Shown here piece after piece: positions 41,440 through 52,850 of a stretch of DNA of 64,000 bases. Source of the DNA: Raillietiella orientalis (taxonomy: Eukaryota); assembly GCA_036172245.1 (NCBI GenBank), contig JAYWIR010000026.1:1240001-1304000 (forward strand). Reading direction: 5' to 3'. The position numbers and the translations under genes were made by a program. Numbering within the stretch: position 1 is the first letter of the stretch; the number at the start of each line of letters is the position of its first letter. The notes below the pieces were generated by a model, which saw nothing but the letters and a program-made list of their open reading frames with translations, ran no database searches and was not told where the DNA came from.

Positions 41440-44400
41440 CATATGATCTTTATTTCTTTTTTTTTTCTGTTTGGAGGAGAATTTGCTGCGTGATTTGCTA
41501 GCGGCGGTCTTTCCCCACAAGCTTGTCCTTTCGGAGGACGTTAGTCCACTGCAAGAGCGAATCATCTTCATAACAGATGTCGCGTACTGCTGAAGCTCAT
41601 ACTGTTGACATTTCGTCAGTATGAGCTTTATGAAATTTTCACGCTCATCTAAACCGCGTCGTTGATGTCCTCAGTCCACTTTTCGCATTTCTTAACCTGC
41701 TGTTTGGATTGGCGTCGATCGTTACCGGCTTCGTTGGCGCATAAGCGCATAGCCAAGCGGCCATTTGCATACCGCTCGCCTGTTCCTCTGAATTCGGTGG
41801 GGGTCGAAGGTCCCTCCCCCCCCCTTCCGATCTCCCTCCCAGCCTCCATGGAGCTCTAACCTTCGAGCACATTCTGACTGCAAACTTTCCCGGTACGTGG
41901 GAATGTGGTTTCGGGCACGTCTTCGAAGTTCGGAGCAAACATGAGAAGTTTCGAACGGTGTTGTGGCACAGCCAAGTGTTTCCATCTAGGAGCGCCTTTG
42001 TTTTTGCTGCCCACAGGTGTATCTCGTGGAGTGCGTTTATTATTTTTTTTTTTGATGGAGACGGGGCGTGCGTTGCTGGGAAACGTCCGCCCAAGACGTT
42101 CAAGCAGTCAGGGAAGTCCCGTGCTTGGGATTTCGGGCACTCGGAGTTCTGTTTTCCGACCGAGTGACCATTTCCCGTCGTCGTCCACGCAAGCAGAGAA
42201 GGAAGCGAAAAGCGCACTTTCGGCATCCCCGCACTGGAAAATCTACTTTTTATCTGAGGCTGGAGTTCAACCGAACTTTCATTCGTTTGGGTTCGGATTC
42301 GAGTCGATGGGTCTTCGCAGCAGCTGTGATCAAAAACTCTCCGGATGTGATGATGATGGCTGCAAACAGAGCAGTGTTCTGCCACACTGGAAGTTGGCGA
42401 AGAACGTCTCCTCTGCCAGACAGCGAGCTTCTGACGTGCTCTCTTCGGGGGGCGGGGGCAATCGGGGCTAGTGCAAAAAAAAAAAAAAAGGGAAAAAATG
42501 CGTTCGTAGTAAGTGGCGTCACTGAATTTTCGGGATTGCGTTGGGCTATACGTTCTGCCATAAAAGTCACGTGTGCGCATCGGAAAGGGGAACGGCATGA
42601 GACGTGTAAAAAATTTTCCTTAGCACGGGGAGAAGCGACTTTCCCTTTCATTCACCGAAAGACAGGAAGTAAATTTTGGTTGGCTCCTCGCAATCCAGAT
42701 CGTGCATCGAAAGCATTTGATCTCTATGCGCTCTCTTGCACAGGATCGGATTGCACTTTTCCGCTTTTATCTCTCAGTGGGTCAGACGAAAGCGTTTCGT
42801 TCTCAAGAAAACGAATTTCCACGCTTTTCATTTCGGCCTTCCGGACCCAACCCTTGCAAAAAGCTTCCAAAAACGACCGGGTTTTGCTTTGCCCATCACC
42901 TCAGGTCCTTCTTGGTCTTCTAACTGCGAAGACTCTCTTCGGTTTGCTTCCTATCTTGGTGTTTGTCCCCGTAAGAGGGGTGCCTGCGCGCCATCGGAGC
43001 GGATTGGTCTCATGACGTCATGAAAAATTCCAACATAGTGTATCAGCAGAATGAAATACTCCAGGTGTATGCTCGCTGTGGCAAGGAGGAAGTGGAAGGA
43101 GTTCCTTATGGACTTTTTTCTCTCCGTAGCAGGTAGTCCCGACGCCTCTTGATGAACCCGTGCTCGTCGAACACAGAATCTGCACTGCAGAAGTTGCACC
43201 CGCATGTTGGTGGTGCGACGATGCATGTGCCGCAAACGAGGACACCCGTCAGGCCCTCGTTTCGCCTTTCTGCCCTGCGATTCCTCTCCTATTTCGGGTA
43301 TTCGTTTCTGCGGAAACCCCTCCCGGGCGTCTGCTGCTGCTGGTCTTCTGATCGCCTGGTGGGCTTCCTTCCCCTCCAAATGTCCGCTCTCTTCCCGACC
43401 AGCTCTCTCCTTTCCCTATACCTCACCCAGTGTTCTTTCCTTGTCCATGATACACACGTACGATGTTCCAGTATTGAACGAGCTGGACGGTCTGGCCCGC
43501 GGCAGCAAAGTCGGAAGGTACGCCACCGCAGAGCATGCGGAAAAAGTGGCCAGCCGCTCCCGTGCGGCCTTGAGTTACCTGCGCCAGGAGAAGCACACCC
43601 GCATCAAATTCGTCACCTCACGAGGAACAATCATGACGTCTGCTAGTTTCACCATTGAGGAGGACAGCGACGTGGTAAATCTCTTTCCCTTTTTTTCGAT
43701 GTGAGCCTCTCGTGCAACCGCATCCGCCACCGTGGGCTTTCTTGTGGAGTCCCTGAGGAGCTCTCTCATCCGAGGCTCCGCTCGTGCACCTTCCTTTTAA
43801 GGGCCATCTTCTCCCTCCCCATCTCGTAAAACATGATAAAAAAGAGCCGGTTTCATGTGCTTTCGATCGCCTCGCGTTGTGTGTGTCTGTGTGTTTTCCT
43901 TTCTTCATCTCTTTTTTGATCATCGCGCGCAGCGCGATCTCTCCTTTTCCTCCTAACTTAACTCTGCGACTCCATCAGAACGTCGTGCAGCAGTCCTCTT
44001 AGGCGGAACGGATGTCGGCAGCCGCTTGTCTTTCGGCGCCCGACCCCCTCCTTCAGCTGATGTTACGCGCTGCGCGCCCGTCGCGCGCGGATTCGGTTCT
44101 GGGGCCGACGGGGCATTCCCAACTCCGTGTGCCCTCTTCCTTCCGAAAACTCAGGCGCGAGGCCTCTTTTGCGGAAGAGAGGCTTCCCCGTTGTGGCTCG
44201 GGGGTGCGAGCCCGCCTGTCGGGAGAAGAAGGTGGCCAGCCGACGGTGCTCCGGTCGTTGTCCCAGCGGGGGCTGCTCGGGAAGGCCGGTCCGAGTGAAA
44301 AATGTGGATTTTCCAGATCCAGTGTAACGACGACCGCATCCTCAACTGCTGCATCAAGTTCCAGGTTTCTCTGCGTGGCGAGTCCGACAGCCAATCAGAT

Positions 44401-44591
44401 AAAGGTAGGTGGGAACACCCCTCCGGACGGGTGCGCGTGATTGTGCTGTCTGCCCAAAAGGACCCGTGCGACACGTCTGTCGTGAGGTGGTCCTCCTCAC
44501 GGAAGACAGGAATCTGCGCGTCAAAGCCCTGACTTCCGACGTACCTGTTCGAGAGTTGCCCGCTTTCTGTAGCTGGGTGGGTCTCGGATGA
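27592..44591 (+). CDS. SMG6: SMG6 / telomerase-binding protein EST1A, nonsense-mediated decay endonuclease (22 coding exons)
   Basis: Manually spliced GT-AG model: 27592-28045, 28098-28737, 30585-30740, 30819-31073 (acceptor uncertain), 31121-31201, 31247-31360, 31408-31594, 31641-31858, 31906-31984, 32032-32142, 32191-32373, 32420-32481, 32530-32675, 37527-37717, 37776-37849, 37902-38112, 38157-38318, 38368-38565, 39265-39409, 43472-43674, 44317-44404, 44461-44591. Phases are consistent. Motifs: [76 protein letters not shown] domain. Confidence 0.95.
31247..38318 (+). CDS. SMG6: SMG6 EST1 / 14-3-3-like TPR region (exons 6-17)
   Basis: [87 protein letters not shown]. Confidence 0.93.
34252..34275. 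repeat. (TTA)8 microsatellite
   Basis: Directly visible in SMG6 intron 13. Confidence 0.9.
34620..35400 (-). mobile_element. Decayed non-LTR RT fragment in SMG6 intron 13
   Basis: Ordered remnants [10 protein letters not shown] (APGPDGIPxE), [12 protein letters not shown] (IxLxSxxxKxxE), THAGF (QxGF), with many stops. Confidence 0.35.
36601..36662. repeat. Compound microsatellite (TC)n followed by (GAATGA)5
   Basis: Directly visible. Confidence 0.95.
39265..44591 (+). CDS. SMG6: SMG6 C-terminal PIN nuclease domain (exons 19-22)
   Basis: [53 protein letters not shown] at 44589-44591. Confidence 0.95.
41287..41473. repeat. Two abutting inverted repeats, each centred on a (TA)n tract
   Basis: 41287-41346: GTTTGAATGTGTTGTGTATA..TATACACAACACATTCAAAC. 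41342-41473: perfect 37-bp arms 41342-41378 and 41437-41473. Confidence 0.95.
41600..43400 (-). mobile_element. Decayed non-LTR element (CR1/Jockey-like) in SMG6 intron 19
   Basis: Linker-like [11 protein letters not shown] (about 42870), TSPDCP (possible SPGPD), and [12 protein letters not shown] (post-YADD helix) within the - ORF 41645-42598. No intact catalytic motif. Confidence 0.35.
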
Positions 44592-44746
44592 TGGCGGCTG
44601 GCCACGGCGTGATCGTTTGAACTCAACACGTTTTCATTCATACGAAACTGCAGCATGGCGACCATACGGCAGTGTACAGTGAAGAACTTCCGACAGACAC
44701 GCTTCCTCCAAGCACCCGTCGAAAAATTAACGTATATTCTTGACTC

Positions 44747-46756
44747 TCAGTCCACAGTACAAGGGAACAAATGGAATCCAGTACAACGCCTATTCTTTGT
44801 GAAGCGAAGGAACTTTACCAAATAAACAGACTTTTTGTTAGCCTTCTGACGATTGACCTGGCGTGCGGTCGGGGCGGGCGCCTTCACGGGCAGATCGTGG
44901 AGTGTGCGGTGGGTAGGCGAGAAGCAGTTGTGCCGCGCCCGACCCGGGAACCTCCGAGGCTGGTCCGCGGAAAGCAGGAAGCGGCGAGCCCGGTCCGCGA
45001 CCTCACCGTCGGGCGAACCGCCGAGAACGTGCCTTCGTGAGAAAGCGCTCCAGAGCGACGCTGCCCGTGAAGGCAGCAACCTCCCTCACCCCCTCCTCCT
45101 CCTCTTCCTCCTCCTGGCACGCTCGCTCCGGCCGGGAGCGGACTTGCCCCACGGGCGCGATGCGGGTGTGGACGGAAGGCGGCGGCGGCGCGCTGGACGA
45201 CGGCGCCGAGCGGGCTTACGGAGACGTCCGTCCGTCTTCCCGCAGCCGCGTCCCGGGATATCTCCCGGATTCCTCCTCCTGCCCCGGGAGCAGGCTGGAA
45301 AATTTTCCGAGCGGCCGATCGCGGGGATCCGTGCGCGGGAGAGAGCGGACGGCGGTGTCACCGCACCGCCGTACGCAGTGGTCGGAGCAGATCAGCGGGA
45401 AAGGAAGCGGAAGAGGAGGCCGTGCTTCACCTTCCGGTGTGCACGAGCTGGAGTTTGTGGCAGACGAAGGGCAGCTGCTGCGTCGGGATCGAGCTTTTCC
45501 CGCTCTGGAGGAAGGGGACTTCCGAGCAGGCAGCTCACAGGGTGGGAACGCGGGAGAGTTCCCGTTCTCGGCGGCGATCCGCCTGCGAAGACTAGCGCTT
45601 CCAGCCGAAGCCCTGACAGCGTCCGGGATGCGTCGTCCCGTCACGCGGCTTGCTATCGGCCGAGATGGCGAAAGTAATATAAATGGTAATCACCTACTGG
45701 TAATCGAGTAAGGTCACCACTTCACGATGCACGAACTCCCTTCGAAAGCAAACGCGAATGTGGCTAGCGGTGCGATTGAAAATAAACATGGATTTAAATA
45801 TGGACAATCTTCTTCCTCTTCATTAGCATCTCGGCGCTGCGGATTGCGAGCGCAGACGCCTGCGGCCCGTCCCTTTCGGACTGGCGCCGAACGTGTTGTC
45901 GGAGCCCGAGGAATTTCCTTTCCCCTCCCCTCCCCCCCGTTCGACCTCGCGTGGTGGGCAAGCGCGAAGACGCTTCCACGGACCGGCCGCTCACGCTCCT
46001 GTCCAGGCGGAGTCGATCGCACTTGCAAGGGAAGGTTTACCGAAGGGGACGGGAGGAACCGCTCCGTTGCCAGGAGGAAGGGAGAGAGATGGGGGAGGGG
46101 GGGTTACCCCACTCCGAGTGGGTTCATCGCTCGTCCAGATCCGAAAAGCATCCCCATCCGCCTGCATCATCAATCCCGTGGACCACTGCGCTTCGACAGC
46201 AGCCGATATATCCAAGCCAGCGCGGTAAACAGAAGAGCAACCAACTCGCTGTGTGACTTTGATAGCCGGAATGTTTGTTTATGGCGTTCAGATCTTCAAA
46301 GACCAATGCGTGGTCGCTAAGTAATAAATGAGATGAGTAATTGGCACTTGTTTATAAGAAACGTTTCAGAGAGAACAGTGTGGTGCGGAGGATCTCGGCG
46401 ACGTCTCGTTGAGACCCTCGCGTTCCGGGAGGAAGTGAATGAACCTGTATTTTATAAACAGGAGAGGCTTCTTTGTGACTGCATTCCTGTATTTTATGGC
46501 TCTTACTGTGGGATTTCGACGGTGCTCCTTGCACGGGCTCCGTTCGCATCGATCCAACGAAAGCCATACCGAAGGCTCCGGGATGAGCAGGCGTTCCCAG
46601 AGTCGGCAATGTGCAGGACAGCGTTCGTCCTGGTGGGGCTCCCTGCCGTTCAGCGGGGCTTGAAGAGTCCGAAGGGGTAGGGCGCAGGGTCCAAGCGAGG
46701 GAGGATCCGTGCTTGTTGTTCTGGCGGTCCGCTTCCTCTCTGCATGTCGCAACAGG
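44747..46756 (-). CDS. Candidate spliced gene of unknown function, convergent with SMG6 (5' end not located)
   Basis: Putative exons with plausible splice sites: 46756-46570, 46505-46445, 46316-46250, 45739-45698, 45582-45431, 45294-45220, 45113-45033 (or -45007), 44857-44747 (TGA). The first three join in phase (GAFVRAIKYRNAVTKKPLLFIKYSDHALVFEDLNAINKH). Middle frames are ambiguous and no homologue is recognised. Confidence 0.4.
44821..44826 (+). promoter_or_regulatory. Candidate SMG6 polyadenylation signal AATAAA
   Basis: First canonical AATAAA after the SMG6 stop, about 230 nt downstream. Confidence 0.45.
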
Positions 46757-48599
46757 CTGAGACGAGGAGCAGCGTGCCAGCACCTCGGATCGCTGCCGGC
46801 GCGTTCACGAGCTCCTCCATCAACCCACGTGGAGTGGGGTAGGGGCCATGCATGTGGCTGATGCTCGCGCGTTCCTCAAGGGATCGTCGGTTCACGTGCC
46901 TTGGGTCACCAGCTCTGGGAAAAGAGGTGGAGGGCATTCAAACCGGACATGCCTTCTTCCCTCGAGGAGGACGAAGTCATCGAGCCTATGCGTTGCATCC
47001 GCAGAACCTCGGCAAGGTCCGAAGATCCGTCCCGGTTTGAATTTGCGGATTTTCAGGTGGCGAAACGCAGCTTCTGCGGCAGCACCTAGATGGCCACTTC
47101 ATCTGCTTTTTTTTTTTTTTTTTCCTGCAAAGAGTGCGCGGCAAGCTCCACAGCGGGTCTCGGAAGAGTTCGGGTCACCTGAGCTTGAAGCTCACTCCGG
47201 ATCATATCCTGGAACCACCTCACTCGTTCTCCAACTCCTCGTTTCATTCAGACGACTGCACCCGACTCCTCTTGAGAGCCCTTCATCCCCGTGGAAGGAC
47301 GCTCCGTGCTGCCACATTTCTTTGCTAGAGTTCCCAATGGACCGCGAGCTACACGGGCCCTTAACGTTCTGACCATTGAGAAGAAGAAGAAGGAGAAGAA
47401 ATTGCCGAGACTTTAACGCTGCGGGGAAAAATGAACGTTCATTTGCCGAAGCGAGGTCAACGCTTTTTAAAACGTCGGCTAAATCGCAACAGGAAGACAC
47501 CTGGGTGATCTGTACCATCATTCGCCACGGAGAATTTGTGCCAAAGTTGGCCCGAATTTCTGATCACTCATCAAGCAAGTCCTCCAACTAGTGAGACGGG
47601 GGAAACGTCCCGAAAATTTACCCAGCCGAACGAAATCGATTCAGCTTTTCCGTTTCGTTCCGAGTGTGGTAGAGCCTTCCAAGCAGCGCACGAAATCATT
47701 AAGCTGCTCTTGAATGAAATTCCACCAGTCAACACATTTTCTTTCTTGGGAATCGGTGCATTTAACCATTAGTGGTGCAGGCGTTCTCGTGACTTGAGTT
47801 CAGCTTGGAATTTTAAGTGAGCAGCACTTTGATGGTGCCTCGTAGCTCAATAGCCGTTTCGTCGCGCGCGGGCGCCGGCCGCACGGCTGGCTACTTTTGT
47901 TTACGTGTGTCTCCGGTAGGTTTCATCCCGCTGCACAGTTTCGGCCGGGATTCTCGGAAATCTTCGTCCAGGTTGCGCGGCTGCGCCTCGTGCGGACCTT
48001 TTCCCTGAGGTTCCTTCGGGGAAGGCTTTCGGGATTCCCCGGGCCGTCGGCACACCCCCCTGGCTGGGGGGTGCCTTCCGGCAGGAATCGTTCCGCGGCC
48101 ATTTGTTCCCGCTTCGCGCGCGAAATGCGCAATCGGCAGGCATCCTCTTCGAGAGGAAACCTCTCCGAGAGAGAGGTCTCAGGGCTCGAGAACCTCGGGA
48201 AATCTCCTTGAGACGCCGTCGATTCTCTCTTCCGTCCCTTTCGTGGAGAGAACGTTCCTTGAGCGTGCGGTGATTGCAGACGCAGTGGGAAGCAATCCCG
48301 AAGCTGGTGAGGAGACCCGACAGTCCTGGCTAAGCTGCTGCTGTTCTGGAAAAGCGAAAGGAAACAAAAAGAAAAACACACACACACATAGGCACACACC
48401 ACGGACGACACCTCCGTAAGTGTGGCCGTTCCAGGCTGCGGTGTTAAGGTCCAATCTGCCGAGCACACAAAGAAGTCATCGCTCGCAGAAGGAATGCCAT
48501 TCGTTACTCTCCGATATCGGTGGCGCATTTGTGTGCCTACACCTAGCATGCCTGCCGGTCCCACAGGACTGTGTCCCTGCGGATCTCGCATGCAACACT

Positions 48600-51200
48600 T
48601 CCCGCTCCAGATCTTTCGAGCCACCGACTTCTTTCCCTCCCAACAGCTCTCACGCAGAAAGGGTTCAGTGCTCTCGCTTGATGAAAAACCATGTGGTGGT
48701 ACGTGGCGAAAGCCTTTCGAATTCCGTTCCCCCAGGTATCCACGGTGGATGAATTTCGCAAGCGGGGAATAGGTGATACTCCTACTGGTTTTCGGAAACT
48801 TCACCGCAGTTCGGAAACATAACACAAAAATGCTTACTGAGATCCGATGGTCCTGCGCAAACAGTTTCGCTGCCATGATCACAGGCACATCGATCTCATT
48901 TGGCGCCAATACCTTCCATCTCAAACCTGGAATGCCAGAAAGAGCACCAAGAGGACTTGAAGCCTTCTGTTGTTCAGTAGCGCGATCCAAGCTACCAATC
49001 CGAGACTTTCGAGGCTGAAGCTGTGAACTCCTTGGACCTCATTTTCGCTTAAGACTTCATAGCTTCCTTCGTTCGACTAAAGGAAGGAGACAACTGCTTC
49101 GGTGCAGAAGTGGTTCTAGCTTCTACTGTGCTCATCTTCAGAGGTTCCTATAGTGCCCCTCCTCAGTGAAACACTGGAATTCTTGCTCTCCCTTTTGAAT
49201 TACCAACAAAAGAAGAAGATTTACTTCTGAATTTTCCCCAGGTTCGACAAGCGGTGAATTGAGATTATTGTGTACAACTCACACACGAAAACAGTGTGTA
49301 CACATTTGCATCGGTTTCTTAACAGCATCGTTCACCACACCATGCAGCACAGGGTTTTGCCAGCAGGGCAATCCTTATCGGGCAATCCTTCAGGTTATAA
49401 TCGCAATCTTCCTCAAGATGTGACGATACGTCCATTCTGGAATTCTGACCCCTATCTCCCTCTGGATAATTCCTCTTGGGATCTTCATGGCAGTCATTTT
49501 CCTAGCTATGGTTCTCATTTTCGCTCTTCTCGTCGCAGTGCGCGAGCTGAAGAGAGCAATGGCTGCTCTTACCATAGGATGGTATAGGGAAATGTTGCCG
49601 TCCCTTCAAACCATCCCGCCAGGGTTTCCATCCCTATGCTGCGCTGCAGCCCCGTCACCGCCTTCAGCATTTCCCAGGGGAGCGCGTGGAGTTGGACTCC
49701 TCTCTTCCCGCAGAGCTCGCCCTGGAGGTTGCCAATGACCACTGTTTGAGCCATTCGGGATTCTTCCATGGTAAAACGTGAGGAGGTCTTCCTCCTCGTA
49801 TTTCAGAGTGCTGTGGCAGGTCCTTCTTTCATACTGTTGTTCCAACCGCCTCCAGGTTCGTTTACGTGCCGAAACGGTTGGCAGTCGTGGCGAGGACCTC
49901 CCTTCTTTTGGTGGGAAGTTACCGGAACTTCTTCTGCCGGGAAGAGGAAGCAGGAGCTGATGAGGACTCACCAACTAAAAATAGTTCCTTGGCTGCCGGG
50001 AACTTGAGCTTGAAGGAGCTTCTTCGTCGTTATTTTGGACCATGATCCATTGTTCTGGTTTTTCTACGGTTCGCGTGTCCTGTGGCTGAATCCTCCTCTG
50101 ATTTTTTCACAGTATTGGAACAGTCACATCTTATGGCAGTTGTCACTGGCAACGAACCGTTCTCAGTCGGTGATGGTCGATCTGGTGCATCCGTCGCCAT
50201 GTTACCATGGAACGGGAACGGAGAGAGGAGCCGTCAAAGACCGCTCCTGTTCCCAGAGTTCACGGCGGCTAAGGAACTATTTTTAGTTGGTGAGTCCTCA
50301 CGACAGCGGACATCGGGCCGTTCGAGCTATTCAGTTTCGAGGGGACTCCACGATCCGAAAGAGCGACCACTCTTTCCGGTCCACGGCGGGTTTACAGGAG
50401 TTGCTGCTCATTCACGGCCCGGATGGAGCGTTTCCAGCGATTCCATCCCGGTCCCTCCTTTTCCCCGCGGGTGGCATAACAGTTCGAGCCTCTCCCTCGG
50501 TTTTCTTCTTCCAGATTCGACTTGACTTTGCAAGTTCAATAAAACTTCGTTTCTTGCAATCACTTTGCGAAGGCGAACTCGTACACTCCGGAAAATCCAG
50601 TGACACCTGACCCAGCGGTGGCGGTTTCCGGGCGCGGCAGTATCGTCCCAGGTGCGACGCCTCCTAGAATGGGTGTGTCGTGGACTGCAGGTTCCACCAT
50701 AGGCCGCAGGGTGATCCACAGGCTTCGGGTGTAGCTTTGGTATGGCGCTTTCATACCTTTGGAGACGGATGCCCCTAATGGCCAGCCGGAGTTGAGAGCG
50801 GACTCCGAAGGATCCTTCCAGGAGTCACAGAAAGATGGTTGTCTTCAGGGTTCCCTACGGAGAACAGATCAAGAGCAGTTCCCTTTGGGTTCCCTCCTAG
50901 AGAGAAATACGGACTCTGGCCTTCCTAGAATTATTAAGGTGTCCTCTTCGGGTTTGAGTTGCACGCACCCTCGGGTGGCGTGACATTGCTTAAAGAGCCT
51001 TGTGAGACGCTGTGGACGCATCGTCGAGACTCTCCGATGTCCTTAGGGGATGAAGCAACGGTTCATAAGCACTTGACAAACCAAAGACGAAAGAAAACCC
51101 GGAGAAAAAAGGAAAGAAAAAAGCTGGAAGGAAAGCAGCAAATAGAAGAAGCCATAAGATTTCTCATCACCTTAGGTCAATAGTAACCATCTCCTCCCTT
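48600..51200 (-). mobile_element. Decayed non-LTR retrotransposon (R1/LOA-like RT remnant)
   Basis: LLTFYHGRIP, MAQTVVIG...TLAGWFE, MKIPRGII, GLPCWQNPVLHG appear in the order expected for the RT N-terminal subdomains (49300-49970). Boundaries are approximate. Confidence 0.35.
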
Positions 51201-51784
51201 CGCTACTGAGCTTTCCAAAATGAAACCCAATCTCCTTCTTTCTTTTGTAAAATTCATCTCCAAGCGTTGTCAGAGAGCTGTCTAAGCAAAGAATGGCGAG
51301 GGCGCTGCCTCTTCGGCACGCACGAGGAGGAAATCCGAACCATTTCTGTCCGTGCCACTTTGCGGTCTTCACCTACTTCCTTGAGGACACTCTAGAAAGA
51401 TGTGGTAGCTACCGTGTTCTCGTCAATTGGGAAACTTTTGGTTACTCTCTTCCAGTCAGTCAGTCTGTCGCATGTTCGCCTGAGAGCTGCCGGGGGAGCT
51501 GGAGGACCTTTGCGCTCAGAACCACTAGATGTGTCAAAGAGCTCTCTTCGATTCCAGCGGGAAATAGGAGAATTCGCGGGAAGACAGCACTCGCTTCACG
51601 GCGTGGTCAAGGTCCTCGTTTTCCATGAGGGATGTGGAAGAGGGAGGAATTCCTCCTGGGTAAAAAGCATTCAGGGGAAAAACTTCCATTGGTGCTCTCA
51701 GAAATGCAGTCCCAGTCGTATGGTCCACCACCTCTCGGCGTCCAAGAAATCGAAAACTGCGCCCTCAGTCTCTTTGAACTTCGA

Positions 51785-52850
51785 CTTCCTGAGGACATTG
51801 TCTTTAGGGCTGCGGGCAATTTTTTTGAGGTGAAGTGGAGGGTCGGGCCCTCGGTATTTACTTTCCTTCCCCGTTCTTGGCTCTTTTGGCACTGCTGACG
51901 AATATCCGCAATGAAGAGCAACGTCTCCGTGGGAGCACCTTTGCTGATTCGATTCCCAAGTTCCTCTGGCTGCTTCTGTTTTCCTTTCAAAAGAAGACCA
52001 AAAAGGAGGAAAATGGGAATTCTGATTCGGATTCAGGATCGCTCCCCGAAGATGAAGGGTGACCTTCTTGGTGGCCTCTCACCTGGATAGGGGACCTGTG
52101 AGGGACCTGTGAGTGCCGAATTCAGGTGGACCTACGGGGCGGACGGTGGCTTTGATTTTCTGACTCTGTTCACGGCAGCATGCGGTCCTGCTCAGCACCA
52201 ACAAAATGGGCGTGAGAAAAAGAAAGGCAGCGCAACTGAGCACGAGGAGTGTCGTCTTTGAAGGTTATTTTTTTCTACTCGCAGCCTCAGAGGTCGACGT
52301 TGCCTTTTTATCCCCATACATTTTGAGATGTCTTGCAGTTCATAAACGAGGGGCACGTATGGTCCCCACAGGGTTTGTTTTACCTTGCCCTCGCTCTGCA
52401 AGTAAAACAAGGAAAGCGCTTCCATCTCTGATTCAGTAGTTCCTCAAAGCTTCCTCAAGGGAAGAAGATTGGATAGGAGAGATGGGCTTCATTGCCTTGT
52501 TCTCCTCTTCAAACGCGGAGTCTTTCCGTTACGAAAGGTAGTCCATCCGGTGCTCCTGATGCACATCCCAATTTCCGGCGCAGCATTCGAGCACGTCGTT
52601 CTCTTTCTGTTGCGCTCCGCGCGCGCCTCTTGGAGACGATGAGCTTCCTGAGTGAGTTCTATCGTTTCCCGGATTCCAAGATTCGAGAGTTCCTGAAGCT
52701 ATTGTCTTTAGGTAGCGGACAATTCTTTTGAGGTGAACTGGATGGTCGGACCCTCGGCATTTACTTTCCTTTCCCGCTCTTGGCTCTTTTGGCGCCGTTA
52801 ACGAATGTCCTCAATGAAGAGCAACGTCTCCGTGTGAGCATTTTTGCTCA
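51785..52850. repeat. Diverged direct repeat of about 165 bp (51785-51950 and 52690-52850)
   Basis: Shared text such as TTGTCTTTAGG..TTTTGAGGTGAA..ATTTACTTTCCTT..AATGAAGAGCAACGTCTCCGTG, with scattered mismatches. Confidence 0.85.

Noticed and set aside
39407..43477. Short repeat at both junctions of SMG6 intron 19 (CAG-GTATTGA and CAG-TATTGA) suggesting recent intron gain
   Set aside because: Largely explained by splice consensus plus chance; no evidence that the intron position is new.
47923..48990. 355-aa minus-strand ORF (also 42068-43015 and 57999-58796)
   Set aside because: No motifs, and they run through simple repeats or TE debris; probably spurious.
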